Shown one piece after another: positions 37,549-50,360 of a stretch of 64,000 bases of DNA (within the stretch, counting starts at the first letter, position 1; each line of letters starts with the position of its first letter). The position numbers and the translations under genes were made by a program. Below the pieces are notes generated by a model. The model did not search any database, had not been told where the DNA came from, and saw nothing but the letters and a program-made list of their open reading frames with translations. The DNA is taken from positions 2,944,001 through 3,008,000 of the forward strand of contig OZ220732.1 of the NCBI GenBank assembly GCA_965116905.1, written 5' to 3'. The DNA is from Longimicrobiales bacterium. Lineage in GTDB: Bacteria > Gemmatimonadota > Gemmatimonadetes > Longimicrobiales > Gaopeijiaceae.

Positions 37549-38744
37549 GCCCGCACCTCGCCGGACCGCGGCTCGGCCTGCCGCGCTTCGGTACGCCGCG
37601 CCTTGGTACGCCACACCTCGCGCAGGACATCCTCCATTAGATCTACGACCCTGGAGCTCGCGCCCTTCACCCCCAGGGCCGCTCGCACGCGCTCGAGTCC
37701 CGCTACGGTGCTGCGGCGGGCCGGGGACTCCGGGTCCAGGAGCGGCTCGATTGCGTCGGCCAGCGCGCCCGGTGTGGCCTCGCGCTGAATGAATTCGGGC
37801 ACGACCCGCTTGTTCACGACCAGGTTCGCAAGCGCGATATGCGGCACGCGGACAAGGCGCCGGGCCAGGAAGTGGGTTACGGGATGGGTGCGGTAGGCCA
37901 CCACGAACGGCATCCCCGCAAGCGCTGCTTCGAGCGTGCTCGTACCGGATTTCACGAGCCCCGCCGTCGCGAGCGCCCTCAGCGAATGCCCGTCCTCGGT
38001 CAAGGGGAACGGGAAAAACCGGTAGGCGCTGCGGGGAAGAAACGGGACCTTGCTCACCACCGTCTGAAGGCCTGGAACGCGTCTCTCCAGCTCAAGCGCC
38101 GTCCTCGCAAAGGGCTCGGCGTGGCGGACCAGTTCCTGCTGTCTCGATCCCGGGAAGACCGCCAGCACGGGCCGGTTCGTGTCTAGTTCGAGATCGGCTG
38201 CCAGCCTCTTCGGCTCGCCCGGCGATTCGTCCTCGAGCAGCGGATGGCCGACGAATTCGGCTCTGCCACCGTGGGTCCGGTACAGTTCGGGCTCGAACGG
38301 AAGGATCACCGCGATGCGATTCGCGATGCGGGAGAGTTTCCCTGCCCGGGAGGCCCTCCAGGCCCAAACCTGCGGGCCGATGTAGTAGACCACGGGGATC
38401 CCCCGTCCGGCGGCGTGTTCGGCGATCCTCAGATTCAGCCCGGGATAGTCGATGGGGACGACGATATCGAATCCCCCGCCGTCGAGCATGCCCTTCAGCC
38501 GTCGCTCGAGGCCGCGAAAGAACGGCAGCCGCTTCAGGACCTCGGCGAATCCCATGACGGCGAGCTGGTCCAGCCCCGCGAAGAGGCGAACCCCGGCATC
38601 CTGCATGCGCTCGCCGCCCAGGCCGACGATCTCCACGCCGGGCCACCTGCGGCGGATCTCGGCGGCGACACGTGCGCCGTGAGCGTCCCCGGAGGCCTCT
38701 CCCGCCAGGATCATCACCCTGGCTGGCCGTTTTGCGCGCGTCAT
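37545..38744 (-). CDS. lpxB: Lipid-A-disaccharide synthase
   Basis: AGEASGD, IDYPGLN, PQVWAWR, FVGHPL, PGSR, SGTSTLE. Confidence 0.97.
   Translation of the reverse strand: MTRAKRPARVMILAGEASGDAHGARVAAEIRRRWPGVEIVGLGGERMQDAGVRLFAGLDQLAVMGFAEVLKRLPFFRGLERRLKGMLDGGGFDIVVPIDYPGLNLRIAEHAAGRGIPVVYYIGPQVWAWRASRAGKLSRIANRIAVILPFEPELYRTHGGRAEFVGHPLLEDESPGEPKRLAADLELDTNRPVLAVFPGSRQQELVRHAEPFARTALELERRVPGLQTVVSKVPFLPRSAYRFFPFPLTEDGHSLRALATAGLVKSGTSTLEAALAGMPFVVAYRTHPVTHFLARRLVRVPHIALANLVVNKRVVPEFIQREATPGALADAIEPLLDPESPARRSTVAGLERVRAALGVKGASSRVVDLMEDVLREVWRTKARRTEARQAEPRSGEVRA
37556..37620. repeat. About four degenerate 15-bp tandem units forming the lpxB C-terminal tail
   Basis: cctcgccggaccgcg / gctcggcctgccgcg / cttcggtacgccgcg / ccttggtacgccaca. 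Confidence 0.65.
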
Positions 38745-38776
38745 GGGAGGGTGGAGCGTCCCGACGTCCGTTCGCG

Positions 38777-38911
38777 TCAGAAGAGTCGCCCGAGGTACCA
38801 GATGATCCCGATCACGATCGCCAGCAGGACGACCAGGGTCGTGGGTGACTTGCCTTTGCGGACGTCGATCCACTCGCGTTTACGACGCCGCCGCACGCGT
38901 ATTAGCGACAT
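38777..38911 (-). CDS. Putative 44-aa membrane microprotein
   Basis: MSLIRVRRRRKREWIDVRKGKSPTTLVVLLAIVIGIIWYLGRLF: basic N-terminus plus a clean TM helix; fills an operon gap. Confidence 0.5.
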   Translation of the reverse strand: MSLIRVRRRRKREWIDVRKGKSPTTLVVLLAIVIGIIWYLGRLF

Positions 38912-40004
38912 GGTCCTCAATCTGTTGTTCGATGGCCAGGGCGAGTCGAAGAGCTGTCCGTCCATCCTCGCCCGTAACCGGTGGCGGCGCCAGTCCCTGC
39001 ACCGCATCCCGAAACGACGCCAGTTCCGCCACGAGGGGTTCGGTCCCGTCCCCGACGATGGGGATTCGCTCCACGATCGAGGACAATCCGGGCGGCGTGG
39101 GGGCGGCCTCGGCAGGCGCGGAGTCGGCCCCGGGCGGCCTGGGGACCCCCCCCGCGAGCGTGGCGCCCCCCGCGGCCGGCCCGGGCCCCTCGAGCAGCGA
39201 CACGCCCTCCTTGAGCCGAAAGAACTCCCCGCGTCCCGCGGCGAGGTCGAGCGAAAGGTAGCCCGAGCGCTGCCAGACGCGCAGCTTGCGGACTCCCGTG
39301 ACCGAGACGCGGCTGGCGGTCAGGTTGGCCACGGCCCCGCCCTCGAATTCAAGGCGGGCATTGGCGATGTCCACATGACGCGTGAGCACCGGCACCCCGG
39401 TGGCCGCGATGCCGACCAGCGGACGGGCGATCAGGCTGCACAGGAGGTCCACATCGTGGATCATCAGGTCGAGGACGACCGCCACATCGAGTGAGCGGCG
39501 GGTGAAGGGGGACAGCCGGTGCGATTCCACGAACAGCGGGCGATCCAGATGCGGCCGTGCGGCGACCAGAACCGGGTTGAACCGCTCGACGTGCCCCACC
39601 TGGATCAGGACTCCGCGATCCTCTGCGGCCTCGATCATCCGGTCGGCCGCCTCGATACCGGACGCCATCGGCTTTTCCACGAAGACGTCGACACCCGCGC
39701 GGATCGCGTCCATCGCCACGGCCTCGTGCGCGCTCGTCGGCACGGCCACCACGACCGCGTCGGCCCGGTCCAGGAGATCCGCCAGGGAGGTCCGCTCCTC
39801 GATTCCCAGCTCGGCGGCAACCGCGCGGCAGCGGGCCCGATCCACATCGAAGATCCCCGCGTGGCTCACGCCCTCCAGGTCTCGAACCACCCGGGCGTGG
39901 TGGCGCCCCAGCGATCCGACCCCGACGACGCCAACAGCCGGCGGACCCGGCCGGCGCCGGGAGTCAGGTGATGATGCCGCGCTTGCTGCTGCGGATGAAG
40001 TCAA
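38880..40004 (-). CDS. Gfo/Idh/MocA oxidoreductase, GnnA-like (start uncertain)
   Basis: GVGSLGRHHAR, VEKP, QVGHVERFNP, DLMIHDVD, ANLTASRVS; sits between lpxA and lpxB. Confidence 0.88.
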   Translation of the reverse strand: MTSSAAASAASSPDSRRRPGPPAVGVVGVGSLGRHHARVVRDLEGVSHAGIFDVDRARCRAVAAELGIEERTSLADLLDRADAVVVAVPTSAHEAVAMDAIRAGVDVFVEKPMASGIEAADRMIEAAEDRGVLIQVGHVERFNPVLVAARPHLDRPLFVESHRLSPFTRRSLDVAVVLDLMIHDVDLLCSLIARPLVGIAATGVPVLTRHVDIANARLEFEGGAVANLTASRVSVTGVRKLRVWQRSGYLSLDLAAGRGEFFRLKEGVSLLEGPGPAAGGATLAGGVPRPPGADSAPAEAAPTPPGLSSIVERIPIVGDGTEPLVAELASFRDAVQGLAPPPVTGEDGRTALRLALAIEQQIEDHVANTRAAAS

Positions 40005-40773
40005 GGAAGTAACCCACCTCCGGACACATCAGGTCCTCGCGGCTCTCCACCCGCCGAATCGCCCGGGACAGCGCGATATCCGACTGAAACAGGATGCGGT
40101 ACGCGCTCTTGATACGCCGCCGGACATCGGCTGACAGGCCTCTGCGCTCCAGGCCGACCGTGTTGAGTCCATACAGCTTCGGCGAGGGGTTCCCAACGAC
40201 CCGGCAAAAGGGAGGCACATCCTGCGGGACCCGGGACCCGCCACCCACAAACGAGTGCGCCCCGATCCGCACGAACTGGTGAATCGCCACGAGTCCGCTG
40301 ATCACGGCCCAGTCCTCGATCGAGACGTGGCCGGCCATGTTGGTCGCGTTGGAGACGATGACATGGTTCCCCAGCTCGCAATCGTGGGCGATGTGGGAGT
40401 AGGCCATCAGCAGGCAGTCCGAGCCCACGATCGTCCTGCCGGAGGCCGCCGTGCCGCGGTTGAGGGTCGCGAACTCGCGGATGACCGTGCGGTCTCCGAC
40501 TACGAGGGAAGTCCGCTCGCCCTCGTACTTGAGATCCTGGGGATCGGTCCCCAGCACCGCTCCATTGCCGATGCTGCAGCCGTCGCCCACCACGGTGTCC
40601 CGCTCGATCAGCGCGCGTGGCCCGATCCTGGTGTCCGCGCCGATCCTGACCGAGGGGCCGACGATCGCAAACGGCCCGACCTCGACGCCGTCCCCCAGTT
40701 CGGCCGACCGGTCGACGATGGCCGTCGGGTGCAGCGCGACGCGGCTTCCCGGGCTCGTGGGAGAACCCTTCAC
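39964..40773 (-). CDS. lpxA: Acyl-ACP--UDP-GlcNAc acyltransferase LpxA
   Basis: HPTAIV hexapeptides, PQDLKY, IREFATLNRGT, HIAHDC, IHQF. Confidence 0.97.
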   Translation of the reverse strand: MKGSPTSPGSRVALHPTAIVDRSAELGDGVEVGPFAIVGPSVRIGADTRIGPRALIERDTVVGDGCSIGNGAVLGTDPQDLKYEGERTSLVVGDRTVIREFATLNRGTAASGRTIVGSDCLLMAYSHIAHDCELGNHVIVSNATNMAGHVSIEDWAVISGLVAIHQFVRIGAHSFVGGGSRVPQDVPPFCRVVGNPSPKLYGLNTVGLERRGLSADVRRRIKSAYRILFQSDIALSRAIRRVESREDLMCPEVGYFLDFIRSSKRGIIT

Positions 40774-42055
40774 CGATCCACGATCCTGGCCATCATCTCG
40801 GCCTCGGCGACCACCTTGCCGTCCACGATGCCCTTCCCCTTCATCTTGCAGACGCTCCGCCGGAGACTGGTCATGGTCAGCTCGAAACGGACCTGGTCGC
40901 CCGGGATCACGGGGCGCCGCCACTTCACTTTGTCGAGCGACATGAAGTACACGACCTTGTCCTCCGGGTTTTCGACCGCGTCCATGAGGAGGAGGCCGCC
41001 GACCTGACCCATCGCCTCGACGATCAGTACCCCCGGCATGATGGGATGGTCCGGGAAGTGACCGGAAAAGAAGGGCTCGTTGATCGTCACGTTCTTCAGG
41101 CCGACGATGCGCTTGCCCGGGTCGAATTCGACCACACGGTCCACGAGGAGCATCGGGTAGCGGTGCGGCAGGTGCTTCATGATGTCGCGCACATCGATGG
41201 TGCGCGCCCGCTGGCCGCGGTCGTGCCGGTCCCGGATCGCGCGTGCCAGCTCGACGTTGCCCGAATGACTCGGACGGCTGGCCACGACGTGTCCGTTGAG
41301 CCTCCCGCCGATGAGGGCCAGGTCGCCCACGATGTCCCCCACCTTGTGGCGCAGAAACTCGTCCGGGAAGCGCAAATCGGGATTCATCACGCCGCCGTCA
41401 CCGAGCACAACGGTGTTTTCGAGCGAGGCTCCACGCGCCAGGCCCCGCGCGCGCAGTGCCTCCACGTCCGCCTGAAAACCGAAGGTGCGGGCCGGCGCCA
41501 GCTCGCGGGCAAAACTGTCCCGATCGATCCGAAAGGCGCCGTGCTGCGTGCCGATGGCGGTGTGATCGAACTCGATCGTGGCCGAGATGAGAAGACCGTC
41601 ACGGGGCAGGACCACGTACGATGCCTCGGGGTCCGCTCCGACCGTGAGCGTTTCGGGGATGTCGATGATCTCCGCCGGCAGCGACTGCGCCGTTCGCCCC
41701 GCGCGCCCGAGCGCTTCCAGATAGGGCGCGAAGCTGCCGTCCAGGATCGGGGCCTCGGGGCCGTGCAGTTCGAGCCGCGCGTTGTCCACCCCCGCCGCCG
41801 CCAGGGCCGCGAGCACGTGCTCCACGGTGAGCACCTCGACGCCGCCGGCACCGAGAGCGACCCCGAGTTCGGTCCGCGTGACGTGGTCCAGGCGCGCCGG
41901 GATTTCGGGTGCGTTCTCGATGTCCGTCCGCACGAACACGAGCCCGGAGGCCTCGGGGGCCGGACGGATGGTCAGGGTCGCCGCCTCTCCCGAGTGCACG
42001 CCGATGCCCTGCAGCTCGACGTCGCCGGCAACGGTATGTTGTCTTTCGTGTGCCA

Positions 42056-42056
<1 letters not shown>
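40770..42056 (-). CDS. lpxC/fabZ: Bifunctional LpxC/FabZ
   Basis: GIGVHSG, TVEHVLAA, ARTFGF, RHKVGD fused to LPHRYPMLLVDR, FFSGHFP..PIMPGVLIVEAMGQ. Confidence 0.97.
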
Positions 42057-43099
<1,043 letters not shown>

Positions 43100-43151
43100 C
43101 CACACCTCCTGCGCGAGCAGAGCTCGCACTCGCGGTTCGCCGGGCCGTCCG

Positions 43152-43679
43152 TCACCCTCCGGGCGAGGGATCCGTCTGCAGCCGGTTGAGGACTTCCTGC
43201 GTCAGATCCAGCGCCGGGTCTCCGGAGAGTATCGCCTGCGATGCCGAATCGAGGATCAGGGCGTAGCCGCCCTCCACGCGGATCTCCTCGATCACGGCCG
43301 TGACCCTCTCCATGATGGGCTGGAGCAGTTCCGCCTGAAGCTCCTGGAACTGGATGTCCAGTTCCTGGGTTCTGCTCTGGAGGGCCCGCTGCTGGTTCTG
43401 GAGTTCCTGCTCGCGGGCCTGGCGGGCCTCCGGGGTCATGGTCATCGCCTGCTGCTGGTACTCGTTCACGGCGGCCGTCAATCCGCGGTCCAGGAGTTGA
43501 AGCTCCGATTGGGCTTCCTGCCTGTCGGCCTCGAGTTCCTGCCGGGCTACCTGCGCCGGTTCATACTCGGCGAGTACCTGGTCGGAGTTGACGTACCCGA
43601 CCCTGGCCGCCTGGGCCTGGACGGTGCCCGCGGACAGCAGCACCAGGGCCGCGGCCATGCCCATCCGGGAAATGCTCAT
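43152..43679 (-). CDS. skp: OmpH/Skp periplasmic chaperone
   Basis: Signal peptide, VGYVNS, coiled coil, GYALILD, DLTQEVL. Confidence 0.92.
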   Translation of the reverse strand: MSISRMGMAAALVLLSAGTVQAQAARVGYVNSDQVLAEYEPAQVARQELEADRQEAQSELQLLDRGLTAAVNEYQQQAMTMTPEARQAREQELQNQQRALQSRTQELDIQFQELQAELLQPIMERVTAVIEEIRVEGGYALILDSASQAILSGDPALDLTQEVLNRLQTDPSPGG

Positions 43680-43777
43680 TATTCTCTACTCCTCCGATGA
43701 GATTCGGATCACGCCGTTTCCGGCACGCGGGAACGGCAGTTCGTTGGTACGGTGGTCTTCCGCCTCGGCGGTTCGTG

Positions 43778-46189
43778 CTAGAAGTTCGGTCCCATCTTGA
43801 AATGTAGCTGCCACCCCGGTTCGAGCTTGTCGAAACCGTAGGCGTAGTCCAATCCGATCGGACCGAACGGCGTCACCAGCTGAACCCCGAACCCGGCCCC
43901 ACGGAAGAGCCGGGAGGTATTGATGTCCCCCGGACCGTCCCACAGGTTGCCGGCGTCGAAGAACGCGGACAGTCCGATGTTGGAGTTGATCACGGCCTTG
44001 TACTCGGCCGTGGCGGAGAAGTAGGCGTTCCCCAGGCGATCGATCTGGGCGATTCCTCCTCCGCGCTCCGCGTAGTAGCCCTGTGGGGTAATGGAAGTCT
44101 CGTCATAGCCGCGCAACGGCTGCCCGAACTGCACGCCGCCCATCCAGAACGACTCGAACGGGAAGCGGGAGGCATCTCCGAAGAGCGCGCCCCCGCGCAT
44201 GCTGAGGCCAAGCGCGAACTGCACTCCGCCCGGACTCACGCCGTCGCCGCCGAGCCCCCCGATCGGGATCATCCACTGCGCCTGCCCGGTGTGTTTGACA
44301 AAGTCGCCGGCGCCTCCGAGAGGTCCGCCGTTCAACTCCACGTTCCAGGTCTGCATGGAGCCGGCGGTCGGAAACAGCGGGTGGTTCAGGGTCTGGCGGG
44401 TGATTCCGAGCGAAAAGGAACTCAGCGTGCCGGGAGGCAACCCGAAGAGCGACTGGTCCTCCGAGCTGCGGAAGGACTCGTAGCTCGTGCGGGACAGCGA
44501 ATAGCCGAAGAACACCCTGGTTCGCAGCGAGCCGGGGAACGGCACGCCGAAGCGGGTGGAGAACCCTCGCCTCTGCCGCCGTCCGGTCGCGAACTGATAG
44601 AAGCGGTCGGTGGAGTCGAACAGCGATAGGGAGCCGCTCACCGTGGATTGCCAAAGGGCAGGATCGGTAATACTTAGTGTGAAGCTGTTAATGTAGCGCC
44701 CGAAGTCCCACCGGATGCTGCCCGCCTTGGCTTGTCCGAAGAGGTTCGGCTGGTCGTATCCGAGGAATCCGGAGAGCCCGACACCGCCCCCCACGGCCGT
44801 CCCGAACTGCACCGAACCCGTCTGCTTCTCGGCGACATTGAAGATGATGTCGACATCGCCCGTCTCGGGGTTCGGCCGCACGTTCGGCGCGGGAAGCGGG
44901 GCTTCGAAGAAACCGAGCGACTGGATGTTCTGGTAGGACTGCAGCAGGCGTGACTGACTGTAGACGTCACCCGGGAGGAGGAAGATCTTCTCGCGGATGA
45001 TGCGATCGTGGGTAAAGTCGTTGCCGGCGATGATGACCCGGTTCACATAGGCCTGGGACTGCTCCTGTATGCGCCATCCCGCGTGGACGGTGGGGTAGCC
45101 GTCGACTTCCTCACCGGTGCGCTCCCAGTAGGGATCCAGTTGCGCGTAGAGGTAGCCCTCGTTGCTGTACAGGTCACGCACGCGCTGGGCGGCCTCCTCG
45201 AAGCCCACGACATCGAAGATGCGACCAGCGTCCTCGTCCTCGTCGTCTCCGAACCCCAGGATCGAGAGGATCCCTCCCGACTCGCCGGCGAAGTAGCCCT
45301 CGAGCTGGTCCGTCTCAAAGGCGCTGTTGCCCTCGACCCGAAAATCGGCCACGCGGTACTGGGGGCCCTCGTCGACCTGCAGCTCGATGCGGGCCTTTCC
45401 CGTGGCCGGGTCGACGACCAGCGTATCGCCCAGGACGGCGAAGTCGAGAAAGCCCGCCGCCTGGTAGTACCTGGGCAGCGACTCCAGCAAGTCGACCTCG
45501 TACTCGATGTCGTCGTAGTCCCCCGTGCGGAACCAGAAGAACCCCTCCGGCTTGGTGCCCATGGCGCCGCGCAGGTCGTCGTCGGAAAAGAAGTCGTTGC
45601 CGACGAACTCGACCTGGGCGATGGTGACGCGCTGGCCTTCCTCCACCTCCAGGACGATGTCCACACTGCCGTCGTCGCCGGGCACCGGCTCGACACGCTG
45701 CTCGATGCGCGCGAAGGGCACCCCCTGGCGCCGCAGCTCCTCCCGAATGAACCCCTGTGCCTTCGCCATCGCGTTCCGGGACAGCGGAACGTTCTCCTGA
45801 AGGCCGGACTCCTCGATGACATCGCTCTCCGAAACCGACTCCAGGCCCGTGATGCGAAGCAGCCGCGTCATGGCCCTCTCGGCGACATCAAAGATGAGCA
45901 CGTTCCGGCCGGTCGACGAATCGAGCGAGACCTCGATGTCCTCGTATTGGCCGGTCGCCCACAGGTTCTTGATGCCCCGCTGAATGTCGATCCAGCTGTT
46001 GAGGGTTCCCGGCCGGATCCCCGAGACGCCCACGACGTCGGCCTCCGCGAGCCTTACCATGCCGCGGGCCGCGAGCGAATCGATGCGTACGACCCCCTCC
46101 TGTCCGCCCGGGGCCTGAGCCATCGCAGGTACCGGAGCCAGGGCCGCAATCACCCACAGGGCTGCCAGAAGTCCAGGGCCGTGTCTCAT
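43778..46189 (-). CDS. bamA: Outer-membrane protein assembly factor BamA
   Basis: POTRA repeats (FVGN..FSDDDL), LRGY loop, [13 protein letters not shown], terminal Phe. Confidence 0.96.
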   Translation of the reverse strand: MRHGPGLLAALWVIAALAPVPAMAQAPGGQEGVVRIDSLAARGMVRLAEADVVGVSGIRPGTLNSWIDIQRGIKNLWATGQYEDIEVSLDSSTGRNVLIFDVAERAMTRLLRITGLESVSESDVIEESGLQENVPLSRNAMAKAQGFIREELRRQGVPFARIEQRVEPVPGDDGSVDIVLEVEEGQRVTIAQVEFVGNDFFSDDDLRGAMGTKPEGFFWFRTGDYDDIEYEVDLLESLPRYYQAAGFLDFAVLGDTLVVDPATGKARIELQVDEGPQYRVADFRVEGNSAFETDQLEGYFAGESGGILSILGFGDDEDEDAGRIFDVVGFEEAAQRVRDLYSNEGYLYAQLDPYWERTGEEVDGYPTVHAGWRIQEQSQAYVNRVIIAGNDFTHDRIIREKIFLLPGDVYSQSRLLQSYQNIQSLGFFEAPLPAPNVRPNPETGDVDIIFNVAEKQTGSVQFGTAVGGGVGLSGFLGYDQPNLFGQAKAGSIRWDFGRYINSFTLSITDPALWQSTVSGSLSLFDSTDRFYQFATGRRQRRGFSTRFGVPFPGSLRTRVFFGYSLSRTSYESFRSSEDQSLFGLPPGTLSSFSLGITRQTLNHPLFPTAGSMQTWNVELNGGPLGGAGDFVKHTGQAQWMIPIGGLGGDGVSPGGVQFALGLSMRGGALFGDASRFPFESFWMGGVQFGQPLRGYDETSITPQGYYAERGGGIAQIDRLGNAYFSATAEYKAVINSNIGLSAFFDAGNLWDGPGDINTSRLFRGAGFGVQLVTPFGPIGLDYAYGFDKLEPGWQLHFKMGPNF

Positions 46190-48678
46190 GTCTTTGTCGG
46201 AGAGGCTACCGCGATGGCGAGCGCCCCTCCGTCCTCCCCCACGTCCACTTCGATCTCGTCTCCACTCCCGAACTCGGCCATGAGGATCATCTCGGAAAGC
46301 GGGTCCTCCAGGTGACGGCGGATCGCGCGCTTGAGCGGCCGCGCCCCGTACTTCTCGTCGTGACCGTGGGTGACCAGGAAGTCCACCGCTTCCTCGGTGA
46401 GCCGCAGCGACATCTCCCCCTGGGCCAGCCTCTCCTCGAGGTCTCCGAGCATGATGTGTACGATCTTCCTCAGGTCGGAACGGCTCAGGGGGTGGAACAC
46501 GATCGTGTCGTCGACGCGGTTGAGGAACTCGGGATTGAAGGCCCGATGGATCTCTTCGTTGACCTTGTCCCGCATCGATTCGTAGTGCGACTTGACGTCG
46601 GCCTGCCGGAAGCCCAGGCCGCTCTTGGCGATGTTCCGCGCCCCGAGGTTCGAGGTCATGATGAGGACGGTGTTCTTGAAGTCGATCACGCGGCCGTAGT
46701 TGTCCGTGAGGTGACCCTCGTCGAGCACCTGCAGGAGGATGTTGAACACGTCGGGGTGCGCCTTTTCGATCTCGTCCAGGAGGATCACGGAATACGGACG
46801 CCTGCGAACCGCCTTCGTGAGCGCTCCCGAATCGTCATACCCCACATACCCCGGGGGTGCTCCAATGAGCCGCGAGATCGAGAAGCGTTCCATGTACTCG
46901 CTCATGTCGACGCGAATGAGCGCCTCCCTGTCCGCGAACAGGAATTCGGCGAGCGTGCGCGCCAGCTCGGTCTTCCCGACCCCCGTCGGTCCGGAGAAGA
47001 TGAAGGAACCGATCGGACGGCCCGGATCCTTCAAGCCCGCCCGGCTCCTGCGTATGGCCCGCGAGATGGCCGTGATCGCGTCATGCTGGCCGACGACCCG
47101 CTTGTGGAGCTCGTCCTCCATGTTGACCAGGCGCGCGGTCTCGGCTTCGCGGATCCGCGTGACGGGAACGCCCGTCCAGCGGCTCACGATGAAGGACACG
47201 TCTTCGACGCTGATCTCGGGCCGGAAACGCCGGCGCTCTTCCTTCCAGGCGGCCTCTTCGTCGAGGATGCGCTGCTGCATCGCCCGCTCCTCGTCCCTGA
47301 GCTGGGCCGCCCGCTCGAAGTCCTGATCGCGGATCGCCTCCTCCTTCCGGTTGGCCACTTCGGCAAGCTGGGCCTTCAGGTCCTCGACCTCGGGGGGCGG
47401 CACCTGACTGGCGATGCGCGCGCGGGCTCCGGCCTCGTCGATCACGTCGATGGCCTTGTCGGGAAGGAACCGGTCGGTGATATAGCGGTCCGACAGCCGG
47501 GACGCGTGCGCCAGCGCGTCGTCGGGGATCGTGATCTTGTGATGGTCCTCGTAGTGGCCCCGCAGGCCGGCCAGGATCGCGATGGTCTCCTCGACCGTGG
47601 GCGGATCGACGATCACGGGTTGGAAGCGGCGCTCGAGCGCGCCGTCCTTCTCGACGTATCGGCGGTACTCGTTCAGGGTCGAGGCCCCGATGCACTGGAG
47701 CTCACCCCGTGCCAGGGCCGGCTTGAGCATGTTCGATGCGTCGATCGCACCCTCTGCCGCACCGGCTCCCACGAGGGTATGCAGCTCGTCGATGAACAGG
47801 ACGACGTTGCGGCTGCTGGAGATCTCGTTCATCACCGCCTTGAGGCGCTCCTCGAACTGCCCCCGATACTTCGTGCCGGCAATCACCGCGGCCATGTCCA
47901 GCGCGAGGACCCGGTGCTCCCGCAGGCTCTCGGTGACCTCGCCGCGAGAGATCAGCTGCGCAAGGCCCTCGACGATCGCGGTCTTCCCCACCCCGGGCTC
48001 GCCGATCAGCACGGGATTGTTCTTCTTGCGCCGACAGAGGATTTCGGTGACGCGCTCGATTTCGCTCTCGCGTCCGATGGTCGGGTCCAGCTCTCCCTTG
48101 CGCGCAAGCGAAGTGAGGTCTCGACAGAAGTGGTCCAGCGCGGGCGTCTTCGACTTCTTCTCGCCGCGCGACGGTGACGGTCCGGGCGGCGTTGAGGCCG
48201 CGGCGCCGGCCGGAGCGCCGGACGTGCCCGTCGAAGCCACGTCCGATCCCAGCACCTTCAGCGTCTCCGCACGTGCTTCCTCGATGGTAATGCCGAGCGA
48301 ATTGAGGACCTGGGCGGCGATTCCCTTGCTCTCGCGCAACAAGCCCAGCAGCAGGTGCTCGGTCCCGACGTAGGAGTGATTGAGTTCGCGCGCCTCGGCC
48401 ATCGCGAACTCGAGCACCTTCTTGGCCGGCGAAGTGTACGGGAGCTCACCCAGGGCAATCGTCGCCTTCCCCTTGCGAACCGACTCCTCGACCCGCTCGT
48501 GGATCCGGTCCAGGTCCACGCTGAGATTGCCGAGAACATGGGCGGCCACGCCCTCACCCTCCCGGATAAGCCCCAGGAGGATGTGCTCCGTCCCCACGTA
48601 GTCATGCTGCAGGCGGATCGCCTCCTGGCGGGCCATCGACAGGACCTTGCGGACTCTTTCCGTGAAGTTGTAGTTCAT
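46186..48678 (-). CDS. clpC: ATP-dependent Clp protease ATPase ClpC
   Basis: Two Clp-N repeats, [11 protein letters not shown] middle domain, GPTGVGKT. Confidence 0.97.
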   Translation of the reverse strand: MNYNFTERVRKVLSMARQEAIRLQHDYVGTEHILLGLIREGEGVAAHVLGNLSVDLDRIHERVEESVRKGKATIALGELPYTSPAKKVLEFAMAEARELNHSYVGTEHLLLGLLRESKGIAAQVLNSLGITIEEARAETLKVLGSDVASTGTSGAPAGAAASTPPGPSPSRGEKKSKTPALDHFCRDLTSLARKGELDPTIGRESEIERVTEILCRRKKNNPVLIGEPGVGKTAIVEGLAQLISRGEVTESLREHRVLALDMAAVIAGTKYRGQFEERLKAVMNEISSSRNVVLFIDELHTLVGAGAAEGAIDASNMLKPALARGELQCIGASTLNEYRRYVEKDGALERRFQPVIVDPPTVEETIAILAGLRGHYEDHHKITIPDDALAHASRLSDRYITDRFLPDKAIDVIDEAGARARIASQVPPPEVEDLKAQLAEVANRKEEAIRDQDFERAAQLRDEERAMQQRILDEEAAWKEERRRFRPEISVEDVSFIVSRWTGVPVTRIREAETARLVNMEDELHKRVVGQHDAITAISRAIRRSRAGLKDPGRPIGSFIFSGPTGVGKTELARTLAEFLFADREALIRVDMSEYMERFSISRLIGAPPGYVGYDDSGALTKAVRRRPYSVILLDEIEKAHPDVFNILLQVLDEGHLTDNYGRVIDFKNTVLIMTSNLGARNIAKSGLGFRQADVKSHYESMRDKVNEEIHRAFNPEFLNRVDDTIVFHPLSRSDLRKIVHIMLGDLEERLAQGEMSLRLTEEAVDFLVTHGHDEKYGARPLKRAIRRHLEDPLSEMILMAEFGSGDEIEVDVGEDGGALAIAVASPTKT

Positions 48679-48745
48679 GGCCGTGCGCTTTTCGGGGCCT
48701 TCGTCGCTTTTCGCGTGCAATCGCCGCCGTAGTACAAAATCGCCC

Positions 48746-49846
48746 TCATTCTCCCGCACCGGAAGTGGGTGGCGTGCTCTCGGCACCGAGGACCTTCCGC
48801 ACATAAGCCGCCCGGTGGGCCTGCCGTTCGGGCCCGGGGAGTTCGCGGCCGGCGGCGCGGTCAAGGTGCGCGGCCTGCGAAAACATCATGATTCCGTTCA
48901 GCGTGACGACCTCCAGACCGGGCAGGAGCTTCAACGAAACACCCAGCCGCACGCCGGACAGGAGCTGCATCAGGTCCTTGTAGCTGAGCAGGCGGGCGTA
49001 GCGCAGAAGCCCGTACGCGCGCCAGATCTTGTCCTCGGTCACGGACGCCGCGTCGCGCATCAGCACCTGCCGCGCCTGGATCTCCGTCTGAATGACGGTT
49101 GAAACGATGCGGCCCAGGTGGTCCACGAGGTCTTCCTCGCTCTTCCCCAGCGTGGTCTGGTTGGAGATCTGGAAGAAGTTTCCGACCACATCCGAGCCCT
49201 CGCCGTACAGGCCCCGCACGGTCAGTCCGACCTGCGCAATGCCCTTCAGGACCTTCTCGATCTCCTTGGTGAGGACCAGTCCCGGCAGATGCACCAGCGC
49301 CGAGGCCCGAAGTCCGGTCCCGGTGTTGGTGGGGCAGGAGGTCAGGTATCCGAAGTCGTGGTGGTAGGCCACGTGCAGACCGCTTCCGAGCGCGTCGTCG
49401 ATCTGGTCCGCGAGAGTCCACGCCTCCATGACGCGGAGTCCCGAAACGAGGCTCTGCAGCCGCAGGTGATCCTCTTCGTTGACCATGATGCTGACCGGCT
49501 CGCCCGGCGCGGCGATGACGGCCGCGCCCCCGGTTGGCCCGTTCCCCCCGCTCCCCGCAAGATCGCTGGAGATCAACCGCCGTTCGAGGAAGATCCGGCG
49601 CGTCCGGCCGTCCATCTCGGCGACGGGCATGACGACGGTGCCCGCAGGCATCTCACCCGTCTCCGCGGCCCGTGAAACGACGCCGAGAATCGTCTCTCGA
49701 TCGTCGTCGTCCGCGCGTGCCACATACGGGTACCCATGCAGGTTTCTCGCAAGACGGACGCGGGTCGAGAGCACGATGTCCGAGTGCGGCCCGCCGGCGT
49801 CGAGCCAGCCGAGTCCGAAGTCGGGTGCGGTGCCGAGGTGGTCCAT
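48746..49846 (-). CDS. mcsB: Protein-arginine kinase McsB
   Basis: [50 protein letters not shown]. Confidence 0.96.
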   Translation of the reverse strand: MDHLGTAPDFGLGWLDAGGPHSDIVLSTRVRLARNLHGYPYVARADDDDRETILGVVSRAAETGEMPAGTVVMPVAEMDGRTRRIFLERRLISSDLAGSGGNGPTGGAAVIAAPGEPVSIMVNEEDHLRLQSLVSGLRVMEAWTLADQIDDALGSGLHVAYHHDFGYLTSCPTNTGTGLRASALVHLPGLVLTKEIEKVLKGIAQVGLTVRGLYGEGSDVVGNFFQISNQTTLGKSEEDLVDHLGRIVSTVIQTEIQARQVLMRDAASVTEDKIWRAYGLLRYARLLSYKDLMQLLSGVRLGVSLKLLPGLEVVTLNGIMMFSQAAHLDRAAGRELPGPERQAHRAAYVRKVLGAESTPPTSGAGE

Positions 49847-49850
49847 CGCC

Positions 49851-50360
49851 CTACGATCCTGCCGGCTCGAGGTCGCGTATCTGGTCCCTGAGCACCGCGG
49901 CGCGTTCGAAGTCCTCCACCTCGACGGCGTGCTTCAGCCGCCGGCGGAGACCGTCAAGGCGCCTGCCGACCTCGGCAGCGCCGGCATCGGGCGGCAGGTA
50001 TACCTTGCCGACGTGCTGGTTCGCCCCGTGGATCCGCTTGAGGAGACGCCGCAGGCTGGGCTCGAACGCCGTGTAGCACTGCGGGCAGCCCAGGCGGCCG
50101 CGCTCGCGGAAACGATCGAAGGTGAGGTCGCAGGAGCTGCAGGTCTTGCCTGCCGAGGCGCCCGTCGGCTCACCGGGTTCGCTGAGCTTGGCCAGGAAGT
50201 CCGAGACCCCCCAGTCGGGCTTTTCGCTGATTCCCTTGGCTTCGGCACAGGACTCGCACAGAAACTGCACGGAGATCTTGTTGTCCACGACCTGCGTCAG
50301 GTGGACGGAGGCAGGGCTCTCGCATCCTGGCCCGTCGCAGATCCTGACGGGATCAGACAT
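49851..50360 (-). CDS. mcsA: McsA activator (UVR domain, Cys clusters)
   Basis: CDGPGC, CESC, CSSC, GRLGCPQCY, EDFERAAVLRD. Confidence 0.93.
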   Translation of the reverse strand: MSDPVRICDGPGCESPASVHLTQVVDNKISVQFLCESCAEAKGISEKPDWGVSDFLAKLSEPGEPTGASAGKTCSSCDLTFDRFRERGRLGCPQCYTAFEPSLRRLLKRIHGANQHVGKVYLPPDAGAAEVGRRLDGLRRRLKHAVEVEDFERAAVLRDQIRDLEPAGS

